Positions 40,762 through 50,802 of a stretch of DNA of 64,000 nucleotides are shown here, in pieces (position 1 is the first letter of the stretch; every line of letters starts with the position of its first letter). The notes beneath the pieces were generated by a model that saw nothing but the letters and a program-made list of their open reading frames with translations, made no database searches and was not told the origin of the DNA. Origin of the DNA: Chthoniobacteraceae bacterium (GTDB lineage: Bacteria > Verrucomicrobiota > Verrucomicrobiia > Chthoniobacterales > Chthoniobacteraceae); contig JBBCKI010000050.1 of assembly GCA_037190965.1 (NCBI GenBank), positions 1-64,000 on the forward strand, given 5' to 3'. Position numbers and translations under genes: made by a program.

Positions 40762-41529
40762 TTAGTGTTTCGCAGGAATGCAGCGGGAGCCGAGGAGTTC
40801 GGCGAGAGGATCAAAATCAGCCGCGCAGAAGCCAAGGTGGTTATGGCGGAGGAAGGCTTCCGCATGGGAGAACCGGCCCGACATCTCTCCCATCTCGCGG
40901 GAGAGCCGCTCCATCTCTTCGAGATAGGCGTCCATTCCCTGGCTGGCGTCGAGCCACTCTTTCTGGGAACGATGACAGGCAAGGAGTTCGCGCTTCTTCG
41001 GAATCATCTCCCCCACATCCACATAGCAATCCGGGGAGAGCAATCTCCCCAGGCCGTCGCGAAGGCCATGCGGCATGGCGTGATAGACTCTCACCGGCTT
41101 GCTGAAGACGGGCCGCACGGGTTCAGTGACGTAATTCACCATTCCCCGGCCGAACGCCGCCATGACAACGAGGCGGCAGACATTTTGGTGGTCTTCCATG
41201 TAATCGGTCGGCGCGTGGGTGAAGATGAGGTCGGGCGCAACTTCCCTGACCACTGCGGAGACCCGTGCCAGTGAGGGGGCATCGTAAAACACCCCGAGGT
41301 CGTCGAACAACGCCGGGTGAATCGTTCCTCCCGCCAGACAGGCCGCCTCGGCGGCTTCCTTGCGGCGGATCTCGATAATCTCCTCGCGGGAGTATTTCTC
41401 CGTCCCGCAATAGCCGTTGGCCAGGTTCCAAAAATGAATCGTGCACCCCGCTTCCTTCAAGCGAAGAAGGGTGCCCGCGATCATGAATTCAATGTCATCG
41501 GGGTGCGCAACGGCGGCCAGAACGTTCAT
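40762..41529 (-). CDS. PIG-L/LmbE family deacetylase
   Basis: AHPDDIE, R..EA, DYMEDH, CHRSQ and AEAF motifs. Confidence 0.9.
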   Translation of the reverse strand: MNVLAAVAHPDDIEFMIAGTLLRLKEAGCTIHFWNLANGYCGTEKYSREEIIEIRRKEAAEAACLAGGTIHPALFDDLGVFYDAPSLARVSAVVREVAPDLIFTHAPTDYMEDHQNVCRLVVMAAFGRGMVNYVTEPVRPVFSKPVRVYHAMPHGLRDGLGRLLSPDCYVDVGEMIPKKRELLACHRSQKEWLDASQGMDAYLEEMERLSREMGEMSGRFSHAEAFLRHNHLGFCAADFDPLAELLGSRCIPAKH

Positions 41530-41572
41530 AGGGAATTGACGAGATGTGAGCGGATTTAATCAAAACGATCAA

Positions 41573-41817
41573 GCCTAAAACTGTGGTGGGAGGGGATGAG
41601 CTGGCGTAAGATGCCGAACCGAGATGACTTGAGGAGAGGCTTGGCGTACCTCAATGGGTACGGTGAGCCCTCGACGAAAGTCACTCGCGGCCAGCAGACC
41701 GCTTTACCGCGGTCAGCGGTTTACTTCATACGGAGCGAAGCGAAGTCTCTACGCAGAGCCCGTGCTACTGCACGGTATCTTACGTCAGATCGCCCCGATC
41801 CATCACAGTTTTTAGGC
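41573..41817. mobile_element. 245-bp MITE-like element (family A), complete copy
   Basis: ~40-bp imperfect TIRs GCCTAAAACTGTGGTGG..GCTGGCGTAAGAT / ATCTTACGTCAGAT..CCATCACAGTTTTTAGGC; CAA on both flanks; related copies at 1-79 and 62478-62506. Confidence 0.8.
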
Positions 41818-41822
41818 CAAGT

Positions 41823-42533
41823 TCAATATTTCCACCTTCCCGTGGGACTTGCCAGCGTGGGGAGTTCGTGGGTCATGTATTGGCTGCGGCCCGTAGCCCC
41901 CCACATCTTGATCCCGGTCGCCGCCCGGAACTTCTGGCTCATGCTCTCGCCGGTATGGCAGCCCCAGCTTTTGACGAAGGCGTCGCGCGTAAAGATCCCC
42001 CGGTTCAACCTGGAGAGATCGTTTTCGTGCAACCAGACTTTCGAAGAGCTGTCGATGACGTTGGCGTAGTCGAACAGGAAACACGCCTTGTTGGAGTGCC
42101 CGAAATACTCGAAGTTTGCGATCTTGACCTGATTGCGGGGCTTGCCGCTATTGAAGTAATTGATGACCTCATCCGTCCGGTTGAAGAACTTCAGATCGAT
42201 GCCGTAGGCATCCTTCACGGAAACGATGTTGGCAATAAGATCCTGCCCCTCCTGCTTGGACCGGGTGACGTATCCGGGGCGGTAGACCATCCAGGTGATC
42301 TGCGAAGGGGGCACACCCTCTGCCTGCAACTGCTGAATGCGAATTCTGGCCGCCCGGATGAAGTTCATCCACCAGAGATCATGCGGCTGCGATTTCCACT
42401 TCTCCCACTTCATCAATGCCGGGCCACCGCTGATAATCAGATACTCCCTGTTCGCGCCCGGAGGCGCGGCGGCGGCAAAGCCGGAGGAGACCGTCAAAAA
42501 CAGACAGAAGGCGAGGGCGAGGAGCTGTTTCAT
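41823..42533 (-). CDS. Secreted hypothetical protein, possible His-Cys (caspase-like fold) peptidase
   Basis: Signal peptide; FEYFGHSN and VKSWGCHTG motifs. Confidence 0.6.
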   Translation of the reverse strand: MKQLLALAFCLFLTVSSGFAAAAPPGANREYLIISGGPALMKWEKWKSQPHDLWWMNFIRAARIRIQQLQAEGVPPSQITWMVYRPGYVTRSKQEGQDLIANIVSVKDAYGIDLKFFNRTDEVINYFNSGKPRNQVKIANFEYFGHSNKACFLFDYANVIDSSSKVWLHENDLSRLNRGIFTRDAFVKSWGCHTGESMSQKFRAATGIKMWGATGRSQYMTHELPTLASPTGRWKY

Positions 42534-42554
42534 GGGAGAGAGGAAGAGACAACG

Positions 42555-43877
42555 TTATTCTTTGGCGGGCCTGGGCTCTCCCTGCGCGCAACGCGGGAGG
42601 GCCTCGCCGTGGATCAGATCATGCAGAGTCTGGCGGGAGCGGATCACTTCGGCGTGGCTGCCGCTGACGAGAATTTCCGCGGGAAGTGGCCGGGAGTTGT
42701 AATTGCTGGCCATTGTGAACCCGTAGGCTCCCGCGCTCATGAGCGCGATGAGATCGCCCTCTTTGAGCGGAGGAAGCTCGCGGTCTTGCGCGAAGAAGTC
42801 ACCGCTTTCGCAAACCGGCCCCACGATGTCGACCTTCTCCCGCTTTGAATCGGCGGCCTCGTGCACCGGGACAATCTCGTGATAGCTCTCGTAAAGCGCG
42901 GGGCGGATGAGATCGTTCATGCCCGCGTCGACAATCGCGAATTTCTTGCGCCCTCCTTTTTTCACGTAGAGCACGCGGGTGAGAAGTACCCCGGCGTTGC
43001 CGACCATATAGCGGCCCGGCTCGAAAAGGATCTTGATCCCCAGCTCCTTGAGCGTCGGCACAACAGCCTCCGCATAAGCTTCGACGGTAAGGCGGCCCTC
43101 GGCGTTCTCCTCCCACCATTGGGAGGAACCGGAGGCAAGCGAGGGATCGTAAACGATCCCGATGCCGCCGCCGATGGAGAAATATTCGATGCCGTAACGC
43201 TCCTTCAGGTCGCTGACCAGCGGGGCCATTTTCTTCACCGCCTCGGCAAAAGGGCCGACTTTGGTGATCTGCGAGCCGATGTGCATCTGCACGCCACGGA
43301 TGCTGATATTGGACATCTTGGAGGCCGCTTCATAGACAGCCGCCACGCGGTCGAAGGCGATGCCGAACTTGTTCTCGCTCTTGCCGGTGGAGATGTATTT
43401 GTGCGTGTCGGCATCGACATCCGGGTTCACGCGCAGGGAAATCGGCGCACGGTGGTTGACGCTCGCGGCGACGTGATTGATGTAGGCCAGTTCGCTCTCG
43501 CTCTCGATGTTGAAGGCGAGGATGCCCTGCTGGAGCGCGTATTTGATCTCCGCCTCGGTCTTGCCGACGCCCGCGAAGGTGCATTGCTCGGGCTTTCCTC
43601 CCGCTTTCTGCACACGGTAGAGTTCGCCGGCTGAGACGATGTCAAAACCCGACCGCTCTCCGGCGAGCAGGCTCAGGATGCCGATGTTCGAGTTGGCTTT
43701 GACCGCGTAGCAGATCAGGTGTGGGATGTCCACGAAGGCCTGATCGAGCCGACGATAATGGTCGAGGATCGTATTGGCCGAATAAACGTAAGTCGGGGTC
43801 CCGGATTCAGCGGCGATTTGAGCCAGATCCGCGTTTTCACAAAACAACTTTCCTTTTTTGTACTCGAACGAATGCAT
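42555..43877 (-). CDS. lysA: Diaminopimelate decarboxylase
   Basis: YAVKANSN, HIGSQI, EPGR, GPVCESGD and GAYG.TMASNYN motifs. Confidence 0.96.
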   Translation of the reverse strand: MHSFEYKKGKLFCENADLAQIAAESGTPTYVYSANTILDHYRRLDQAFVDIPHLICYAVKANSNIGILSLLAGERSGFDIVSAGELYRVQKAGGKPEQCTFAGVGKTEAEIKYALQQGILAFNIESESELAYINHVAASVNHRAPISLRVNPDVDADTHKYISTGKSENKFGIAFDRVAAVYEAASKMSNISIRGVQMHIGSQITKVGPFAEAVKKMAPLVSDLKERYGIEYFSIGGGIGIVYDPSLASGSSQWWEENAEGRLTVEAYAEAVVPTLKELGIKILFEPGRYMVGNAGVLLTRVLYVKKGGRKKFAIVDAGMNDLIRPALYESYHEIVPVHEAADSKREKVDIVGPVCESGDFFAQDRELPPLKEGDLIALMSAGAYGFTMASNYNSRPLPAEILVSGSHAEVIRSRQTLHDLIHGEALPRCAQGEPRPAKE

Positions 43878-43887
43878 CTCCAAGTAC

Positions 43888-43932
43888 TTTAGCCTGAAAT
43901 CCGATTTTGGCGCGAGTGGAATTGTACAAGAG
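43888..43932 (-). promoter_or_regulatory. Shared upstream motif, copy 3
   Basis: CTCTTGTACAATTCCACTCGCGCCAAAATCGGATTTCAGGCTAAA, ending 10 bp before the lysA ATG. Confidence 0.7.
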
Positions 43933-43955
43933 GCGCGGCTCAAGACCGCGACAGA

Positions 43956-44888
43956 TCAGTTCAAGATCTTTCTCGCGCGCGCGGCATCCAGCGCGATCTG
44001 CTCCTTCAGGGCGTCGAGATTGGGGAACTTCTGTTCCGTCCGGAGAAACTGCCTGAAGACAACCTCCACGTCGCGCCCGTAAAGGTCTTCGTCAAAATCG
44101 AAGAGATGCAACTCGAGGTGGCGTTCGCTGTGTTCGTGAACCGTCGGTCTGACTCCGATGTTCACCACGCCGGGATGACGACTCCGTTTTTCGCCCTGAA
44201 TGAATGCTTCGACGGCGTAAACGCCGTTGGGCGGGAATTGCTCGTTGTGCGCGCTCAGGTTGGCCGTCGGGAAACCGAGGGTTCGGCCAAGGTGATCCCC
44301 GTGCTTGACGGTGCCGAGGATGGAGAAAGGCCGCCCGAGGAGGCGCTCCACTTTTGCAAGCTCGCCTGCCTCCACCGTGGCGCGCACCAGTGTGCTGCTG
44401 ACGATTTCTCCGTCGACTTCCACCGCCGGGAGGCCGACTTCGTCGAAACCTAAGTCATCGCCCATCGCTTTAAGGAGATCGAGGTTCCCGGCGCGGCCTT
44501 TGCCGAAGGACCAGGTATGCCCCACGCAGATCTCCCGCAGCGGCCGACAGGCGGCGTTCAGTTCGTTGACAAATCGCTCGGGCGGCGTCGCGGCAAATTC
44601 CTCCGTGAAGGGAATCACCAGAAGATGCGAGACGCCGAGCGCGGCCAGCAACGCGGTTTTGTGAACCGTGGAGGTAAGCAGACGCGGAGCCTGCCCGGGC
44701 CGAAGCACCCGCATCGGGTGAGGATCAAACGTCACCACCACGGCGGAACCGCCCGCCTTCGCCGCATCCTCACTGGCCCTGCGGATCACCGCCTGATGCC
44801 CGAGGTGCACGCCATCGAACACGCCGATGGCCAGGAAAACCGGCCCGGGGACGGTGGCCAACTCGGCAATGGAGCGAAGGATCTGCAT
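43956..44888 (-). CDS. ribF: Riboflavin kinase/FAD synthetase
   Basis: IGVFDGVHLGH, SST, GRTLGFPTAN and NIGVRPT motifs. Confidence 0.96.
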   Translation of the reverse strand: MQILRSIAELATVPGPVFLAIGVFDGVHLGHQAVIRRASEDAAKAGGSAVVVTFDPHPMRVLRPGQAPRLLTSTVHKTALLAALGVSHLLVIPFTEEFAATPPERFVNELNAACRPLREICVGHTWSFGKGRAGNLDLLKAMGDDLGFDEVGLPAVEVDGEIVSSTLVRATVEAGELAKVERLLGRPFSILGTVKHGDHLGRTLGFPTANLSAHNEQFPPNGVYAVEAFIQGEKRSRHPGVVNIGVRPTVHEHSERHLELHLFDFDEDLYGRDVEVVFRQFLRTEQKFPNLDALKEQIALDAARARKILN

Positions 44889-44908
44889 GGGCAAACCGAA
44901 GAGGTTGA

Positions 44909-45628
44909 CTATGCGCCGCGCATCCGGGAAACGGTAGGCAAACTCAAAATTTTTGCCGTGATTTCGGAAGCCGGTTTGTCGCGAAGATCGTCCACCGTCA
45001 CGGCGTGCTCCAGGGTGAATCGGCCCGACTTGGTCCGGCGCAGCGCCTTGAGATGCGCTCCGCAGCCGAGATCATTGCCGATGTCGTAGGCGTAGGTGCG
45101 AACATAGAAACCTTTGCTGCAAACGACGCGGAATTCGACTTCTGGCAGGGCCACCTTCTTGATTTCGTGGGCGAAGATGTGGACGAAGCGGGGCTCGCGC
45201 TCCACCGTTTTCCCCTGCCGGGCCAGCTTATAGAGCGGCACTCCTTCCTTTTTGATGGCGGAAACCATCGGCGGCATCTGGTAGAAATCACCGTCGAACT
45301 TGGCAAAAGCGGCCTCCAACCGTTCAGGGGCGATCTCGGGCACGGGCTTGGTTTCGAGCACCTGTCCGTCGGCATCCTGGCTGTCGGTGGTGACGCCGAG
45401 CGTCATCGTTCCGACGTATTCTTTGTCTTCGCTCATCAGGAGATCCTGAATCTTGGTGCCGCGCCCGATCACGACGATCAAAAGGCCGGTGGCAAGGGGG
45501 TCAAGCGTGCCGCAGTGGCCTACTTTTTTGGTATTGAGCTTGCGGCGGACCATCGCGACAACATCGTGCGAGGTCATGCCGGGGGCTTTGTCGATCAGGA
45601 GAACGCCATCAAGGCTGGGTGCGTGCAT
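44909..45628 (-). CDS. truB: tRNA pseudouridine(55) synthase
   Basis: DKAPGMTSHD, GHCGTLDPLATG and CSKGFYVR motifs. Confidence 0.96.
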   Translation of the reverse strand: MHAPSLDGVLLIDKAPGMTSHDVVAMVRRKLNTKKVGHCGTLDPLATGLLIVVIGRGTKIQDLLMSEDKEYVGTMTLGVTTDSQDADGQVLETKPVPEIAPERLEAAFAKFDGDFYQMPPMVSAIKKEGVPLYKLARQGKTVEREPRFVHIFAHEIKKVALPEVEFRVVCSKGFYVRTYAYDIGNDLGCGAHLKALRRTKSGRFTLEHAVTVDDLRDKPASEITAKILSLPTVSRMRGA

Positions 45629-45744
45629 CAGAGCGGTTTTAATTTAGATGGATAAAATAAGTTGCGAGCCGCCGTGACTTAGTGCGCGGCCCTTCAAGCA
45701 AAGCGGCTGTATTTCCAAGACTGCCCGAGTCAATCGAAACCGTT

Positions 45745-46728
45745 CTAAGACAGTTGAATCGCATTGCAGATGGCGTCGAGCACTTTGGCTTCGACAACGG
45801 CGAGCGAACCCGGAACGCGGGCTCCCGCCGCGAGAGTGTGACCGCCGCCCCCAAACTGACCGCAGATTTTGCAGACATCGTGACGGGGATCTTTGGAGCG
45901 CATTGAAACGCGGACTTTGCCGTCCGTCAGTTCCTCAAAGAAGACGGCGACCAATACCCCTTCGACGGCGCGAATCGTGTCGATCAGCCCCTCATTGTCC
46001 TCCGGGGTCACGCCGAGTCGCCGGGCGGTCTCCGCAGAGAGAGCGAAACTGGCCACGCGATCATCGCAGGTCCATTTCGTCACGTTGAGCATTTCAGTAA
46101 GCAACTCCAGCCGACGCCGAGGGTAAGTCTGGTAAAGAAGCTCGGAAAGTTTGCCGATGTTCACGCCCGCCTTTACCAGGTCCGCCGCGATTTCCAGCGT
46201 GCGGGCGGTGGTGTTGGAGTACTGGAATGAACCGGTATCCGTGGAGATGGCGGCGAAAAGATTCTCCGCGATGGCCGGAGTCATCGGGAGCCCTTCGGAG
46301 GCGATCAGTTCGTGCACGATCTGCCCCGCGGCTGGCGCGGAAGGGTCGATATAGGCGAGATCACCGTAGCGGTTGTTGGAAACGTGGTGATCGATATTAA
46401 TCCAGACCTTCACCGAGCCGATGGAGTCCAGGCAACTTCCCAGGCGGTCCCGAGCGGCAGTATCGATCGCGATGGCGACGTCGAAGTCGCGCTTTTCCCC
46501 GGCAGGCGGGAAGGCGATCAGTTCAGACCCGGGCAGGAACGAAAGCTTCTCGAGCGGGCCGTCGTGATTCCAGACAACCACCTCTTTGCCGAGTTCCTTC
46601 AGGCAGAGCGCCATGGCGACGGCGCAGCCGACGGCGTCGCCATCGGGGCGCACATGGCTCATGACGACAAACCGCTGGTGCTCGCGCAGGACGGCGGCGA
46701 TGCGGGAGAAAGGAGGATTAGCGTCCAT
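45745..46728 (-). CDS. nrnA: DHH/DHHA1 phosphoesterase (NrnA-like)
   Basis: HVRPDGDA, IDHH, TDTGSF and GGGGH motifs. Confidence 0.9.
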   Translation of the reverse strand: MDANPPFSRIAAVLREHQRFVVMSHVRPDGDAVGCAVAMALCLKELGKEVVVWNHDGPLEKLSFLPGSELIAFPPAGEKRDFDVAIAIDTAARDRLGSCLDSIGSVKVWINIDHHVSNNRYGDLAYIDPSAPAAGQIVHELIASEGLPMTPAIAENLFAAISTDTGSFQYSNTTARTLEIAADLVKAGVNIGKLSELLYQTYPRRRLELLTEMLNVTKWTCDDRVASFALSAETARRLGVTPEDNEGLIDTIRAVEGVLVAVFFEELTDGKVRVSMRSKDPRHDVCKICGQFGGGGHTLAAGARVPGSLAVVEAKVLDAICNAIQLS

Positions 46729-47107
46729 CGGGGGGATTATTGGATTCGCCTTCCCTCTCTTCACCTTCGGGGGGCAAGTTCAGGCTTTGGAGAATGTCGA
46801 TGATGCGCGTGCCGCGTTCGATCGTTTCATCGAGCTTGAAGTGAAGCTGCGGGGTGAACTTCAAAACCACCCGGCGCGACAGGAGCGCCTGGAGTTCCTT
46901 GCGGTGATCGTGGAGCTTCGCCAAGACGGCCTTTGCCGCCGCCGCATCGCCCCCGAAGACGCTCACATAAACGTGGGCGTGCTTGAGGTCGGGGGTGACA
47001 TCGACGCTCTGGATCGTGACAAGCTGTTCAAACGTCAACTCGCGACCGATGAGGTCGCTGAGTTCGCGCTTCATCAACTCCCTGACTCGTTCAAGACGAT
47101 GCTTCAT
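46718..47107 (-). CDS. rbfA: Ribosome-binding factor A
   Basis: RLERV, VDVTPDLKHAHVYVS and PQLHFKLD motifs; operon context. Confidence 0.95.
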   Translation of the reverse strand: MKHRLERVRELMKRELSDLIGRELTFEQLVTIQSVDVTPDLKHAHVYVSVFGGDAAAAKAVLAKLHDHRKELQALLSRRVVLKFTPQLHFKLDETIERGTRIIDILQSLNLPPEGEEREGESNNPPDGR

Positions 47108-47217
47108 AACTAATTGCTCTAATTGGGCCAACCTGCCGGATCAGCAGGGACCGGGCATGGGATGGCGGGCGGCCGCACCCTTGGGGAGACCGCCCATCCC
47201 TTCTGATTCTCTGCGGC

Positions 47218-49404
47218 TTAGAGCTGCTGCTTGAATTTTTCGAGCTGGTAACACTCGATGATGTCGCCCGGCTCGTACTCGTTGAAATCGCCCAGTTTGA
47301 TACCGCATTCCAAACCGGTGCGGACCTCCTTGACGTCGTCCTGGAAACGGCGAAGCGTCGCGAGGCCTCCGTCGTAAATCGGCTGGCGGCGGCGCAGAAC
47401 ACGAGCCCGTGCGGTGCGCAGGATGCGCCCATCGGTGACGGCGCAACCGGCCACAACTCCCTTGGTAAGCTCGAACACCTGCTTGACCTCGGCATGGCCG
47501 ATGACCGTTTCGCGAAGTTCCGGATCCAGGAGACCCGCCATCGCTTCTTTGATCTGGTCGAGCAATTCGTAAATGATCGAGTAGAGCTTGATCTGGACGA
47601 CTTCCCGCTTGGCCGTGTTGGCGGCGGTGTTCTCCACCTTCACCCCGAAGCCGACAATGACGGCGTTGGAGGCGCTGGCGAGCAACACGTCGGATTCCGT
47701 GATCGGCCCGACGGCGGAGTGGATGATGTCGAGGTTTACCTTCTTCGACTCGATCTGGTTGAGCGAGGCGACCAAAGCTTCCAGCGAGCCCTGCACGTCG
47801 GTTTTCACGACGATGCGGAGCGCCTTCTTGGCATCGGCGGCCATGCTGGCGAAGAGGTTCTCCAGCGTGGTACGGCCACGGGGCGCGGCGAGTTTCGAGG
47901 TACGGAGATCCGCAAGACGCTCGTCGCTCAAGGCTTTGGCGGCCTTCTCGGTCGCCATGACCAGAAGCTCGTCGCCCGCGTTCGGCAACCCGGCGAAGCC
48001 GAGCACCTGCACTGGCGTGGAGGGTCCCGCCTCTTTCACATTCTTGCCTTTGTCGTCGATCAGGTTTTTGACCTTGCCGGAGAAATTGCCGCAAATGAAG
48101 GCATCGCCGACTTTGAGCGTTCCCATCCTGACAAGCACCGTGGCGGTCGGCCCACGGCCTGCTTCCACCTGTGCTTCGATGACGTAGCCGCGAGGAGGCA
48201 CCGTGGGGCTGGCTTTGAGCTCAAGAATTTCCGCCTGGAGGAGAATCATCTCCAGCAGGTTGTCAACGCCGGTTCCCTTCGTGGCCGAGACCGGGCAAAC
48301 GATGGTCTCACCGCCCCAATCTTCGGGCTGGAGACCGCGCTCCTGGAGTTGGCCTTTCACGCGATCGAGATTCGCGGCAGGAAGGTCGATCTTGTTGACC
48401 GCGACAATGATCGGCACTTTGGCCGCCTTGGCGTGGTTGAGCGCTTCCACCGTCTGAGGCATGATGCCGTCATCGGCCGCGACGACGAGAACGACGATGT
48501 CGGTCACGTTCGCGCCACGGGCGCGCATCGCGGTAAACGCGGCGTGCCCCGGGGTGTCGAGGAAGGTAATCTGGTTGCCGTTGTAATCGACGGAGTACGC
48601 CCCGATGTGCTGGGTGATGCCGCCGGCTTCGCCCTTGGCCACCCGCGCCTTGCGGATGTAATCCATGAGGGAGGTCTTGCCGTGGTCGACGTGACCCATG
48701 AAAGTGACAATCGGCGCGCGGGCCTTCAGCTCATCCTTCTTGGGAGGAGGTGGCGGTTTGGGCGCTTCGATGACGACTTCCGGCTTGTGGACGCCGCCGC
48801 CGCGCTCGCGCTTCTCTTTCTCGAAGACGAACCCGTGGCGTTTGCAAAGATTGGAGGCGACTTCAGGCTCGATCGTGTCGTTGATCGCCTTGAAGATGTT
48901 CAGCTCCATCAGCTCGGAAATGAGCTGGAAAGGTTTCAGGCCGAGTTGGGAGGCGAGCTCCTTGACGATGATCGGCGGCTTGATGTGGATGATCTTCTCG
49001 TCGCTCTTGGGCTCTTCGACCTCGGGGGCGACTTCCGCGACCGTTGGCGTTTCGGCCACGGGCTCGATCACTTCTTCGGGCTGGACGGGCTCGGGGATCT
49101 CTTCCACCGGCGCGGGAGGCGGCTCGGGCGCGAGAATTTTGGAGATCGGCGGGAGCGCGGATCTTCCCGTGGAAACCACCCGACGGCGCACCGGCTTCTC
49201 CTTGTCAATCAGGGAGACGGTTTCCTGAGGAGGCGCAGGGGTGGGCTTCGGGGCAGGAGCCGCTGCAGCCCCTCCCTCTTTGGAATCTTTAGGATCTTTG
49301 GGATTTCTAGGGGCCGAGGCGGCAGAGCGCGCGCCCGGACCTTCCGGTTTCCGGCCCGCAGGGCGCCTTGTGCCTTGTGAATTTGATGATGCTCGGGTTG
49401 CCAT
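47218..49404 (-). CDS. infB: Translation initiation factor IF-2
   Basis: [19 protein letters not shown] and ECGI motifs. Confidence 0.98.
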   Translation of the reverse strand: MATRASSNSQGTRRPAGRKPEGPGARSAASAPRNPKDPKDSKEGGAAAAPAPKPTPAPPQETVSLIDKEKPVRRRVVSTGRSALPPISKILAPEPPPAPVEEIPEPVQPEEVIEPVAETPTVAEVAPEVEEPKSDEKIIHIKPPIIVKELASQLGLKPFQLISELMELNIFKAINDTIEPEVASNLCKRHGFVFEKEKRERGGGVHKPEVVIEAPKPPPPPKKDELKARAPIVTFMGHVDHGKTSLMDYIRKARVAKGEAGGITQHIGAYSVDYNGNQITFLDTPGHAAFTAMRARGANVTDIVVLVVAADDGIMPQTVEALNHAKAAKVPIIVAVNKIDLPAANLDRVKGQLQERGLQPEDWGGETIVCPVSATKGTGVDNLLEMILLQAEILELKASPTVPPRGYVIEAQVEAGRGPTATVLVRMGTLKVGDAFICGNFSGKVKNLIDDKGKNVKEAGPSTPVQVLGFAGLPNAGDELLVMATEKAAKALSDERLADLRTSKLAAPRGRTTLENLFASMAADAKKALRIVVKTDVQGSLEALVASLNQIESKKVNLDIIHSAVGPITESDVLLASASNAVIVGFGVKVENTAANTAKREVVQIKLYSIIYELLDQIKEAMAGLLDPELRETVIGHAEVKQVFELTKGVVAGCAVTDGRILRTARARVLRRRQPIYDGGLATLRRFQDDVKEVRTGLECGIKLGDFNEYEPGDIIECYQLEKFKQQL

Positions 49405-49439
49405 TCTTAAATTTTGGAAAGAGTCCTGCGTTCATGGCT

Positions 49440-50702
49440 TCATCGTGTGGAAGCCGCTTTTTCATGTTCGGCGCGGGCGGCATCGAAGATCGCCTGAGCC
49501 TGTTCGAGATCAACGCCGGTAACGTCCGCAATGTCCTGCGGTTCCGCGCTGACGATGACTTCGACACTGTTCATCCCCGCCGTAATCAACTGACGGGCGA
49601 TGGATTCGTCGATCTTGAGCGAGGCCGCAAGCGAATTGGCTGCCTTCGTCACGGTCTGCGCGAATGCCTCCTTCGCTGTTTCGTCCTTCTCGATATTGAT
49701 GTCCCACCCCATCAACCGCGAGGTCAACCGGGCGTTCTGGCCACGCTTGCCGATGGCCAGGGAGAGCTGGTCCTCGTCCACGCGGATCTGGATGGCGTGC
49801 CGGGCTTCGTCGAGGGTGACGTTCTTGACCTTCGCGGGCTTGAGCGCCTCCAGCACGAACTCCTTGGGGTCCGCGCTCCAGCGGATGATGTCCACCTTTT
49901 CGTTGTTAAGCTCGCGAACGATGTTCTTTACCCGCGACCCCTTCATACCGACGCAGGCTCCCACCGGGTCCACCTTATCGTTGGCGCTGAAGACGGCGAT
50001 CTTCGTCCGGTAACCCGCCTCGCGGGCGATGCTCCGGATCTCGACGGTCTGGTCGGCAATTTCGCTGACCTCCATCTCGAAGAGACGGCGGACAAAATTC
50101 GGGTGGCTGCGCGAAAGGATGATCTCTGGCCCGCGGGAGCCGTTCTCCACGGCTACGACATAGGCGCGGACGCGGTCGCCGACGTTGTAGTCCTCCGTCT
50201 GCACACGCTCGCGGGAAGGCATGACGGCCTCGAAACGGCCAAGATCGACGATGACGTCGGAGCGTTCGAACCGGCGGACAGTGCCGCTGACGATCTCTCC
50301 GGCGCGATCCTTGAACTCGTCGTAGACCATTTCCTTCTCGGCCTGGCGGATGCGCTGCATCATCGCCTGCTTGGCGGTCTGCGCGGCAATACGCCCGAAG
50401 TTCCGGGGCGTTACCTCGACTTCCACCACCTCGCCGAGCGTGATGTTCGGTTTGATGACGCGAGCCTTGGCGATGGAAATTTCGTCATGGCTGTTCTCGA
50501 CCGTTTCGACAACGACCAAACTGGCGAGGGCACGGATCTCCCCCGTCTTGCCATCGATATCGATGCGCAATTCGCGCGCAGGCCCAATCGCCTTTTTGGA
50601 CGCGGAAAGGAGGGCGTTCTGCACGGCCTCGATCAGCACTTCACGCTTGATGCCTTTCTCACGCTCAAAATAGTCCAACCCTGAAATGAGATCGCTGTTC
50701 AT
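49440..50702 (-). CDS. nusA: Transcription termination factor NusA
   Basis: FGRIAAQTAKQ, AREAGYRTKIAV and AIGKRGQNARL motifs. Confidence 0.97.
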   Translation of the reverse strand: MNSDLISGLDYFEREKGIKREVLIEAVQNALLSASKKAIGPARELRIDIDGKTGEIRALASLVVVETVENSHDEISIAKARVIKPNITLGEVVEVEVTPRNFGRIAAQTAKQAMMQRIRQAEKEMVYDEFKDRAGEIVSGTVRRFERSDVIVDLGRFEAVMPSRERVQTEDYNVGDRVRAYVVAVENGSRGPEIILSRSHPNFVRRLFEMEVSEIADQTVEIRSIAREAGYRTKIAVFSANDKVDPVGACVGMKGSRVKNIVRELNNEKVDIIRWSADPKEFVLEALKPAKVKNVTLDEARHAIQIRVDEDQLSLAIGKRGQNARLTSRLMGWDINIEKDETAKEAFAQTVTKAANSLAASLKIDESIARQLITAGMNSVEVIVSAEPQDIADVTGVDLEQAQAIFDAARAEHEKAASTR

Positions 50703-50725
50703 AAAAATCCGGCGTTTCCGGAGAC

Positions 50726-50752
50726 AAAAAAGAGTGGGGTTTAAGCCCACTC
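50726..50752 (-). promoter_or_regulatory. nusA-operon leader terminator (rimP-leader-like)
   Basis: GAGTGGG-CTTAAAC-CCCACTC followed by T6, between the promoter and the nusA start. Confidence 0.75.
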
Positions 50753-50773
50753 GCGCTTCGGACAACCTGTAAA

Positions 50774-50802
50774 CCTTACGACCGGGCGCAGGAAGCGTCA
50801 AG
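50774..50802 (-). promoter_or_regulatory. Sigma70 promoter of the nusA operon
   Basis: TTGACG-N17-TAAGGT. Confidence 0.75.
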
